The notes below the pieces were generated by a model. It was given only the letters and a program-made list of their open reading frames with translations, ran no database searches and had not been told where the DNA came from. Source: a virus. From it: a DNA stretch of 64,000 bases. Both the position numbers and the translations under genes were made by a program. The first letter of the stretch is position 1, and every line of letters begins with the position of its first letter. Shown here piece after piece: positions 53,815 to 61,151 of this stretch. The stretch is taken from IMG/VR virus record IMGVR_UViG_3300032241_002083, positions 25,717-89,716 of that record; one strand, 5' to 3'.

Positions 53815-54135
53815 ATGATTTTAGAAGTAAATTCGAATAATTTTGATGAAATAACCAAAGATGGTTTGGTATTAGTAAAACTTGAAGCAGTTTGGTGTGG
53901 GCCGTGTCGAGCTCTTACTCCCATCTATGAAGACGTGGCTAAAGATTTGATGGTGCAAAATTCGCCAGTAAAATTGACAAAAATGGATGTAGATAAAAAC
54001 AGAGATAAGGCTGTTGAATTGGGTGTAAGTTCTATACCAACTATTTTGGTTTATAAAAATGGTGAAGTAGTTGATAAAGCTATTGGTATGTTGCAAAAAA
54101 TTAAATTACAAGAATTGATTGAGAAAAATTCTTAA
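53815..54135 (+). CDS. trxA: Thioredoxin
   Basis: WCGPC active site, SIPT. Confidence 0.95.
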   Translation: MILEVNSNNFDEITKDGLVLVKLEAVWCGPCRALTPIYEDVAKDLMVQNSPVKLTKMDVDKNRDKAVELGVSSIPTILVYKNGEVVDKAIGMLQKIKLQELIEKNS

Positions 54136-54145
54136 ACTTTTTGGA

Positions 54146-54571
54146 ATGAAATTTGATAATAAAAAAGCCTATTTTGACTACTCTATTATAGAAGAGTATG
54201 TTGCCGGAGTTAAATTATTAGGTTCAGAAGTAAAGTCTTTAAGAGAAGGCAATGCTTCTATTAAAGATACATATGTATATTTGAATAATGGTGAGGTTTT
54301 TGTTAAAGGTATGTATATTGCTAAACATAAAGAATCATCATGGATGAATCATGAAGAAGTTCGTGATAGAAAATTACTCTTAACTAAAAAACAAATTAGA
54401 GATTTACAAAAAGATTTAAAGGTAAATGGCATAACAATCGTTCCTTTGATGATGTATTTGGTAAATGGTAAATTTAAATTAAAAATTGCTGTTGCCAAAG
54501 GCAAAAAAACCTTTGATAAGAAAAAAAGCATTAAGGAGCGCGAAATGCTTATTAATTCTATGCGAGATTAA
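54146..54571 (+). CDS. smpB: SsrA-binding protein
   Basis: NKKAYFDY, AG..L.GSEVKSLR, RKLLL, GKK.FDK. Confidence 0.95.
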   Translation: MKFDNKKAYFDYSIIEEYVAGVKLLGSEVKSLREGNASIKDTYVYLNNGEVFVKGMYIAKHKESSWMNHEEVRDRKLLLTKKQIRDLQKDLKVNGITIVPLMMYLVNGKFKLKIAVAKGKKTFDKKKSIKEREMLINSMRD

Positions 54572-54611
54572 AAAATCTCTTTTTCCATATAGTATATATT
54601 AAATATACTAT

Positions 54612-55628
54612 ATGGAAAAAATTAAACATTATTCAGAAGAAGAAATCCTCTATCTAAAGGAAAATTATGCTACTGCGGCAAAGCAAGATATTTTATATAA
54701 ATTAAAAAGATCTTGGATTTCTATACAAAAAAAGGCATTTTTACTTGGTTTAAAAAGAATTAACTACGAAAGTAAAAATAATCATAAATATTCTAAATTA
54801 CTTTTAGAAACACCAGAAACTTACTATTGGTTAGGCTTATTAATGTCAGATGGGCATTTTAACAAAAACCACTTTATAACATTATCAATAAATGATATTG
54901 AGCATACTAATAAATTACGAAGTTATTTAGGCATGGAAAAAACTGATAAAAAACTGATATCTATATCAGACATGCCAACATTTAAAAAATTAACTGAAAA
55001 ATTTAAAATAAATAATAATAAGACTTATGAACCATGTGATTTATCTTGTATTACTAATGAGGATTTATTATTTTCATTAATAATAGGATTTATAGACGGA
55101 GACGGAACAATAAGTAATAAATATTTAGGTATAGTAAGTCATAAAAATTGGTATAACAATCTTTATTTATTCAATCAAGTATTGAAAAATACAACAAATA
55201 TATACTATAGTAATAAGTTAATTAATATACGAGTATCAAGAATAAAATTATTAAAGGAAATAAAACAAAGAGCAATTTCTCTCAAATTACCTTTCTTGGA
55301 AAGAAAATGGAATAAAATTAATCTGGAGCAAATAACTAAAAACGAAAAGAAAGATTATTGTTTTCAACAATTTGAAAAAGGCTTATCACCTGTTGATATA
55401 ATCAAGTTAGGAGTAGCCAAGAAATGTGTTTATAAATATTATGCTATTTACAGAGATATTAAAAATAATAATGAAATATTTAATAGCAAGGATAAAATGC
55501 AATATTGTTTTCAAAAGTTTGACGAAGGATATTCAAAGGAACAAATTATCAACTCAGGTAAAGTCAGCCGTTCTTGTGTTTATAGAAATTATAAAAAATA
55601 CCATAACGACAAACCGAAAGAGAATTAA
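54612..55628 (+). mobile_element. LAGLIDADG homing endonuclease, paralog of 14067..15146
   Basis: YWLGLLMSDGH and LIIGFIDGDG; LP.L.RKW shared; tandem C-terminal HTH. Confidence 0.8.
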
Positions 55629-55631
55629 ACA

Positions 55632-55668
55632 AACAAAAAAATCAGCAATATTGCTGATTTTTTTGTTT
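55632..55668 (+). terminator. Intrinsic terminator
   Basis: AACAAAAAAATCAGCAAT/ATTGCTGATTTTTTTGTT. Confidence 0.75.
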
Positions 55669-55709
55669 TTACAAGAATTTTTCTTATATTTGCATAACGA
55701 AACAACAAT

Positions 55710-55868
55710 ATGTATTTGAAAACATTTGAAATTACGGAAGACGATTTTAATAAATTGTCTGAAACAGACCTTAATAAAGTCTTAATCACTTTAGATTGTG
55801 GTTATGAATATAATGAAAGCAATAGACAAAAATTAATGAAAATTATAAAAAATATTAAACATGTATAA
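55710..55868 (+). CDS. 52-aa hypothetical protein
   Basis: MYLKTFEITEDDFNKLS...; follows TATATTTG -7 element, overlaps leuS start. Confidence 0.5.
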   Translation: MYLKTFEITEDDFNKLSETDLNKVLITLDCGYEYNESNRQKLMKIIKNIKHV

Positions 55869-57138
55869 CAACGAAGATTTGTATATTACGGTAATGTTTC
55901 CATACCCATCCTCAGATGGGTTGCATATAGGACATGTTTATAATTATGCTATAATGGATAGTTGGTGTCGATATAAAAGACACATCGGAAATTCTGTTTA
56001 TCAGCCTTTCGGCTTTGATGCGTTCGGCTTGCCCGCTGAAAACTATGCCAAAAAAGTAGGACGAGATCCAAAAGATGTAACTTATGAAAACATAGAAAAG
56101 TTCCGTATTCAAATGAAACAAATGAATACAGAATTCAAAGAAGTATTGATTACCTCTGACCCTTCTTATCAAAAATGGACTCAATGGTTGTTTTTGAAAT
56201 TGAAAGAGCATGGTTTGGCTTATAAAAAAGATGGTGAAGTAAATTACTGTCCTTCTTGTGAAACTGTATTGGCTCGTGAACAAGTAAAAGATGGTAAATG
56301 TGATAGATGTAGTTCTGTCATTGAAATGAAAGTTATGAATCAGTGGTATTTTAAAATTACTGATTATAAACAACGTTTGATTGATAATTTAGATAAAATT
56401 GATTATCCTACTTCTACTATTAATGCACAACGCATGTGGTTGGAAAACTTGCATGATTGGTGCGTAAGTCGTCAAAGAAAATGGGGTTGTCCAATTCCAA
56501 TTGAAGGTGAAGAAGATACAATGGATACTTTTGTTTGTTCCTCTTATTATTTAATCCGTTATTGTGACCCTGATAACGAAAATGAATTGTGTTCCAAAGA
56601 TAAATACAAACAAGTTGATATTTATGTTGGCGGCAATGAACATGCGACAGGACATTTAATATTCGCCCGTTTTATAAATATGTTTTTGTATGATATTGGC
56701 GTGGTTCCTTGTGAGGAACCCGTAAAGAGGTTCTTTAGTCAGGGAGTTATATTATATAATGGCGAAAAAATGTCAAAATCAAAAGGAAATACTATAAACC
56801 CAGACGATTATGATCAGGACGAATTACGCTTTTTTCTTATGCAACTTGGTCCGTATTCTGACGGTGGCTCCTGGAATGATAAAGCGATAAATGGAATCAA
56901 ACGATTTATCAATAGATTTAAAGAATGGATGAGCAGAGAGGGCGAAGATGTAATAGATGTAGAAACATTTAGAATAAAGATATTTGAACTAACAGAAAAA
57001 ATGAAATTTAATAAAGTGGTATCTGAATTTTTTATTCTTTTGAATTCTAATAGAACGAAAAATCTTAAACCAGAAATCAAGGAAGAATTAATCTCTATAT
57101 TGGAGATATATATGCCTGGATTGAGAGATAAGTTATAA
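55861..57138 (+). CDS. leuS: Minimal leucyl-tRNA synthetase (425 aa; lacks CP1 editing and C-terminal domains)
   Basis: MFPYPS..LHIGH, GFDAFGLPAENYA, Zn knuckle CPSC..CDRC, DWCVSRQR.WG.PIP, MDTF..SS, GG.EHA..HL..ARF, KMSKSKGN. Confidence 0.85.
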   Translation: MYNNEDLYITVMFPYPSSDGLHIGHVYNYAIMDSWCRYKRHIGNSVYQPFGFDAFGLPAENYAKKVGRDPKDVTYENIEKFRIQMKQMNTEFKEVLITSDPSYQKWTQWLFLKLKEHGLAYKKDGEVNYCPSCETVLAREQVKDGKCDRCSSVIEMKVMNQWYFKITDYKQRLIDNLDKIDYPTSTINAQRMWLENLHDWCVSRQRKWGCPIPIEGEEDTMDTFVCSSYYLIRYCDPDNENELCSKDKYKQVDIYVGGNEHATGHLIFARFINMFLYDIGVVPCEEPVKRFFSQGVILYNGEKMSKSKGNTINPDDYDQDELRFFLMQLGPYSDGGSWNDKAINGIKRFINRFKEWMSREGEDVIDVETFRIKIFELTEKMKFNKVVSEFFILLNSNRTKNLKPEIKEELISILEIYMPGLRDKL

Positions 57139-57148
57139 TAAGAAAGTC

Positions 57149-57190
57149 ATAGGAGCAAAATATTCAAAATCCTCATTATAAAATTTATTA
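57149..57190 (+). repeat. 42-nt exact copy of 45625-45666
   Basis: ATAGGAGCAAAATATTCAAAATCCTCATTATAAAATTTATTA at both loci. Confidence 0.9.
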
Positions 57191-57257
57191 CCTAAAAAAT
57201 ATAATAATTTTAATGTTTTTTATAAAGTAATAGGCGTTATTAGTCCAAGAAAATAGT

Positions 57258-57464
57258 ATGAGATTAGATAGAATGCGATGGTTTGGTCCATCAAGACCCG
57301 AAGATAAGCCAGGTGTAGAAGGTTGGCGACACAGCAGATTATTCAAAGTAGTTAGGCATCAAGGTGCTAAAGCTATTCGTGCTATAAGCAAAAAATTATG
57401 TAAGAAATCTATATCAGATAATGATATAGATTTTCCTACGTCTAAATATATAAGAAATCACTAA
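57258..57464 (+). CDS. Basic hypothetical protein
   Basis: ORF track. Confidence 0.5.
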   Translation: MRLDRMRWFGPSRPEDKPGVEGWRHSRLFKVVRHQGAKAIRAISKKLCKKSISDNDIDFPTSKYIRNH

Positions 57465-57515
57465 TGGATATAAAATTAATAGGTATTTGGAATGATTCAG
57501 ATTCAATTTTAGAAG

Positions 57516-57692
57516 ATGGCGAATAAAAATAAAAAACCACGAGATATAATTAAAGAAACTGAAGAATATTTAGTTTTCCTTAAAAAGAGATTAGATTCAG
57601 CCAATTATAAAGCCAATGTTTCCAAAGAAGAATATGATGAAACAAAGGCTAAATATGATAAGGCTAAATTAAGATTAAAACTATTAAAGTAA
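57516..57692 (+). CDS. 58-aa coiled-coil protein resembling the ValRS C-terminal tRNA-binding arm
   Basis: IIKETEEYLVFLKKRLDSANYKANVSKEEYDETKAKYDKAKLRLKLLK; below the ORF-track size cutoff. Confidence 0.45.
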   Translation: MANKNKKPRDIIKETEEYLVFLKKRLDSANYKANVSKEEYDETKAKYDKAKLRLKLLK

Positions 57693-57746
57693 TAATAAGT
57701 AAGGTTTATGAGTTTTGTATAAAAAATAAAATTTGTGGATTTAAAA

Positions 57747-57932
57747 ATGACTGGTAAAGCAATCATGAAATTCAACGGTGGGCTTGGCTCTATCATTTGT
57801 TCCAAATGTGGAGTTATAATTAAAACAGGTAAAAATTTTACTGACGAAGAGTGGAAAGCAATTAGATGAGAATTGAAATTAAAGGCACAATTTTGTGATT
57901 CTTGTAAAGCAAAATTAAGAGAAGAAAAATAA
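57747..57932 (+). pseudogene. Small Zn-finger gene with in-frame TGA (57867-57869)
   Basis: KFNGGLGSIICSKC...KAIR*ELKLKAQFCDSC: the two CxxC pairs flank the stop. Confidence 0.65.
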
Positions 57933-57977
57933 ATTAAAAATAAAAGCAACCTTAAAGGTTGCTTTTATTTTTAATTT
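57931..57977. terminator. Bidirectional terminator
   Basis: AAATTAAAAATAAAAGCAACCT-TAA-AGGTTGCTTTTATTTTTAATTT. Confidence 0.8.
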
Positions 57978-58288
57978 TAAATTTTATTAATTTCTGTTTT
58001 AACTTCGCTTTCTACATTAGAAGCTTCTGTTTTAACTTCGCTTTCTACATTAGAAGCTTCTGTTTTAACTTCACTTTCGTCTTCTTCTCCTAAATTTAAC
58101 ATATACCTTGTGTAATCTGCTAAACATTTAGTTTCTTCTGAAACGTGTGTTTTTATACTATTAATTTCATTATTAAAATGATTTTTAATATTGTTTTCTA
58201 AATTATCAAATTTAGATGAGATCCCTGAGTTTCTACCAACGAAAAAACCAACTATCAAAGACCCAATTACTAATAAAATTGTAATCAT
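57977..58288 (-). CDS. Membrane-anchored protein with 33-nt (ESEVKTEASNV) tandem repeats
   Basis: N-terminal TM helix; ~2.6 copies of an 11-aa repeat. Confidence 0.65.
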   Translation of the reverse strand: MITILLVIGSLIVGFFVGRNSGISSKFDNLENNIKNHFNNEINSIKTHVSEETKCLADYTRYMLNLGEEDESEVKTEASNVESEVKTEASNVESEVKTEINKI

Positions 58289-58452
58289 AATTTTTATTTT
58301 TTATATAATAAAAAATTTAAAAAGTTTAAAAGATTTGAAATAAATTTTGCTCGTTCAAAACTTTTTCGTAATTTTGTATAAAATAACAAAACAGCAAAAA
58401 AGCACTTTTAGAATATAATATATATAATTATACAAAAAAAGTCAAAATAAAT

Positions 58453-58483
58453 TTTGCGATTACAAAACTTTATTGTATCTTTG
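58453..58483 (+). promoter_or_regulatory. Bacteroidota-type promoter of the tRNA region
   Basis: TTTG (58453)-N19-TATCTTTG (58476). Confidence 0.7.
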
Positions 58484-58598
58484 CTGTATAATAAAAAAGA
58501 TTAAAAATACTTAGTAAGACAGGGTAAATATCTGGACAAGTTTTTAAAAGAAAACAGGATAAATATCTGGACAGTCTGAAAAGTTTTAAAATATAAAA

Positions 58599-58670
58599 TG
58601 CGGGATAGAGCAGTGGTAGCTCGTAAGGCTCATAACCTTAAGGTCATTGGTTCGAATCCAGTTCCTGCAT
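58599..58670 (+). tRNA. tRNA-Met (CAT), initiator-like body
   Basis: TGCGGGA/TCCTGCA acceptor; TAAGG-CTCATAA-CCTTA; GGTTCGAATCC. Confidence 0.9.
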
Positions 58671-58700
58671 CAAATAATAACAATTTTAAAAAATCATAGT

Positions 58701-58793
58701 ATGAAACATTTTAGCTCACATAAACATTCGTTTAAATTCTGGTTTAGTAACCAGGGTTCGGTAGAGTTATGTTTCAATAACAAGACTTCTTAA
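58701..58793 (+). CDS. Leader peptide 1 (MKHFSSHKHSFKFWFSNQGSVELCFNNKTS)
   Basis: Codons 2-16 use only K/H/F/S/W; sits within attenuator hairpins. Confidence 0.75.
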   Translation: MKHFSSHKHSFKFWFSNQGSVELCFNNKTS

Positions 58794-58850
58794 AAAGAGT
58801 TATTGTAAGAAACTGAAAAAGCCGAACTTTTATAAAAGTTCGGCTTTTTT
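58702..58850 (+). promoter_or_regulatory. Transcription attenuator 1 (protector, antiterminator, terminator)
   Basis: 58702-58717 pairs with 58764-58776; GGGTTCGGT (58754-62) pairs with GCCGAACTT (58821-29); terminator AAAAAGCCGAACTTTT-AT-AAAAGTTCGGCTTTTTT (58816-58850). Confidence 0.8.
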
Positions 58851-58854
58851 ATAT

Positions 58855-58941
58855 GGTGATCGTAGCCGGTAATGGATGCCGACCTGCCTGTGGAGCAGGA
58901 ATAATTTCGATTTAATGCGGGTTCAATTCCCGTCGATCACC
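58855..58941 (+). tRNA. tRNA-His (GTG) with G-1 and a 17-nt variable region
   Basis: G-GTGATCG/CGATCAC-C; CCTGC-CTGTGGA-GCAGG; GGTTCAATTCC. Confidence 0.9.
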
Positions 58942-58947
58942 CAAAAA

Positions 58948-59058
58948 TTAGTTGCCCAGCTTGTTCCGTCAAGGGTTATAAAACTATACATTGTTAACGG
59001 AGCCCATGATGGATACTCTACCAAAAAAGTGAGTGAGAAAAGTTGTAACAATGACTAA
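58948..59058 (+). ncRNA. Candidate structured RNA between tRNA-His and tRNA-Phe
   Basis: Nested pairings TTAGTTG/TGACTAA, CAGCTT/AAGTTG, GTTCCGT/ACGGAGC, TACTC/GAGTG; GC-richer than background. Confidence 0.4.
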
Positions 59059-59064
59059 AAATAA

Positions 59065-59136
59065 GGTGTCGTAACATAGAGGTTTATGTGTTGATCTGAA
59101 AAATCAAAAATGCTAGATCGTTACTAGCCGATACCA
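59065..59136 (+). tRNA. tRNA-Phe (GAA)
   Basis: GGTGTCG/CGATACC; TTGAT-CTGAAAA-ATCAA; T arm GCTAG-ATCGTTA-CTAGC. Confidence 0.85.
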
Positions 59137-59197
59137 CAAAAATAACTTCAAAGGAAGACGAACCTATTTTATATATAAGTAAATAACAAATATAAAA

Positions 59198-60079
59198 ATG
59201 GGTGCGAAATTAAAAGAATGGACAGAAAAAGAAAAGGAAATACTTTTTAAATATTTCCCAAGTATGGGGTGTAATTATTGTTCGAACTTAATAGGAAGAA
59301 CAAAAAGAGCGTGCCAAGAAATGGCAAAAAAACTAAAATTAGAGAGAGATTTAAATAAGTATGAAGATAAGGAAAAATTAGAGGAATTAGTTAAAAGTTG
59401 TAAAACATATACAGATTGTGTAATAAAATTGGGATTATCTCCCAGATGTTCTGGTAATTTTCAAACTATTAAAAAATATATTATGTTGCATAATATAGAT
59501 ATTTCACATTTTGAAAATGGATTTCAAATAGGTAACAACCCTCAGAATAAGAAAGAATTATCTGAAGTTTTAGTAGAAAACTCTTTTTTTAGTAGATCTC
59601 ATTTGAAAGAGAGATTATATAAAGAGGGATTAAAAAAGAAAGAATGTGAGATATGTGGAATGGGAGAAGATTGGTTTAATGGAACAAAAATAGTTCATAT
59701 TTTAGATCATATAAATGGAGAACCTTATGACAATCGTCTTGAAAATTTAAGAATTGTTTGTCCAAATTGTAATTCAACATTAGAAACAAATTGTGTTGGG
59801 AATAAAGTTAATAAAATATATGATTCTAAAAAAGATGAATATAAAAGTGAAAAAACACATAAAAAATGTAATTGTGGTAAAATAATCTTGAAAGAAAGTA
59901 AATTTTGTTTAGAATGTAATGCCAAAAGTAAAAGAAAAGTTATTAATAGACCAACGTTTGAAGAATTGGTTAAGTTAATAGAAGAAAATGGTAATACTGG
60001 AACAGGTAAAATATACGGCGTTAGCGAATCTGTCATAAGAAAATGGTTAAAACAATATAAAAATAAAGCATTAATATAA
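59198..60079 (+). mobile_element. HNH homing endonuclease inserted in the tRNA operon
   Basis: CEICG, LDHING...DNRLENLRIVCPNC, C-terminal HTH. Confidence 0.85.
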
Positions 60080-60081
60080 AT

Positions 60082-60154
60082 ACGGGTATGGTGAAAATGG
60101 CTATCATTTTTGACTCCAAATCAAAAGTTCCGGATTCGAGTTCTGGTGCCCGTG
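60082..60154 (+). tRNA. tRNA-Trp (CCA)
   Basis: ACGGGTA/TGCCCGT; TTTGA-CTCCAAA-TCAAA; CCGGA-TTCGAGT-TCTGG. Confidence 0.9.
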
Positions 60155-60161
60155 CTAAATT

Positions 60162-60244
60162 GGAAGATGCGTTGCATGGAGCAAAAACAGTTTTGAAAAC
60201 TGTCGTATCGTTAATTCGGTAGGGGTCGGTTCCTCCATCTTCCT
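60162..60244 (+). tRNA. tRNA-Ser (TGA), divergent D/T arms
   Basis: GGAAGAT/ATCTTCC; ACAGT-TTTGAAA-ACTGT; long variable region. Confidence 0.7.
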
Positions 60245-60264
60245 CAATATTAAAAAAAATTAAG

Positions 60265-60300
60265 ATGAAACAGATAAAACAGAAACAGAAACAGGTATAA
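60265..60300 (+). CDS. Candidate leader peptide 3 (MKQIKQKQKQV)
   Basis: Four AAA and four CAG codons; followed by a long hairpin and tRNA-Lys(TTT). Confidence 0.45.
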   Translation: MKQIKQKQKQV

Positions 60301-60341
60301 AGTAGGTACAATCAATTGATATGTAGCCTATTTATATAAAT

Positions 60342-60417
60342 GCGCTATTAACTCAATTTGGTTTAGAGTACCAAGCTTTTAACTTGGGAGTTGTAGGTTC
60401 GAGTCCTACATGGCGCA
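60342..60417 (+). tRNA. tRNA-Lys (TTT)
   Basis: GCGCTAT/ATGGCGC; CCAAG-CTTTTAA-CTTGG; GGTTCGAGTCC. Confidence 0.92.
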
Positions 60418-60462
60418 CAAAAATTTTTAGTCAGGTGTTCTACTATATTTTATATATAAAAT

Positions 60463-61074
60463 ATGGGAAAATTTACTAAAAATTATTTAAAAAAATATGA
60501 TTGGGTACAAATACAAAATTATTATAATGAGGGGAATTCATGTAGAGATGTAATCAAAAAATTTGATATATCAAGTGCCGGATTGTCTTTTGCGGTAAAA
60601 TCTGGGGTTCTAAGAACTAGGACAAAAAGTGATTCAAATATATTAGGGCATAAAAAATTTCCACAAAAACATTCTGATTCAACCAAAAAAAAGATAAGTG
60701 AAAGTAGAATTAAATATTTGAAAGATAATCCAGATAAAGTTCCGTATTTATTAAACCATAGTAGTAGGGAATCTTATCCTGAAAAATATTTTTGGGAAAT
60801 ATTTGAAAAAGAAAATTTAAATATTAAAAGATATCTTCAAGTAGGATTATATGAATTAGATTTTTATAACCTTGATAAAAAAATAGATATTGAAATAGAC
60901 GGTGAGCAACATTTCACAGATAAAAAAATAGTTGAGTCTGATAAAAGAAGAAACAGTTATTTAATTGATAATGGATGGACAATAATTAGAATTAGATGGT
61001 CGAATTATCAAAAATTAAATTTTGAAGAAAAGAATAAATATATTGAAGAATTAAAGAAAAAATTGGTTTCGTAG
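60463..61074 (+). mobile_element. DUF559/Vsr-like endonuclease with NUMOD3 motif
   Basis: KHSDSTKKKISES, S.PE, YELDF, IEIDGEQH, D..R...L...GW.IIRI. Confidence 0.8.
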
Positions 61075-61138
61075 CTTAAATGGATAAAGCTCCCGACTCT
61101 TAATCGGAGGACTGTGATATCGTACCTCACCGAAACCA
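61065..61138 (+). tRNA. tRNA-Lys (CTT)
   Basis: GGTTTCG/CGAAACC; CCCGA-CTCTTAA-TCGGG; T loop ATCGTAC; 5' end overlaps the upstream ORF end. Confidence 0.85.
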
Positions 61139-61151
61139 CAAAAATAAAAAT

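Noticed and set aside
14067-55628. Self-splicing introns or inteins hosting the LAGLIDADG/GIY-YIG genes
   Set aside because: The endonucleases lie between complete genes; flanking genes are not split and no intein termini were seen.
45625-57190. Diversity-generating retroelement TR/VR pair
   Set aside because: The repeat is only 42 nt, has no adenine-specific mismatches, and there is no reverse transcriptase in the window.
57993-58075. 33-nt tandem repeat as a regulatory array
   Set aside because: It is an in-frame coding repeat (ESEVKTEASNV) within a membrane protein.
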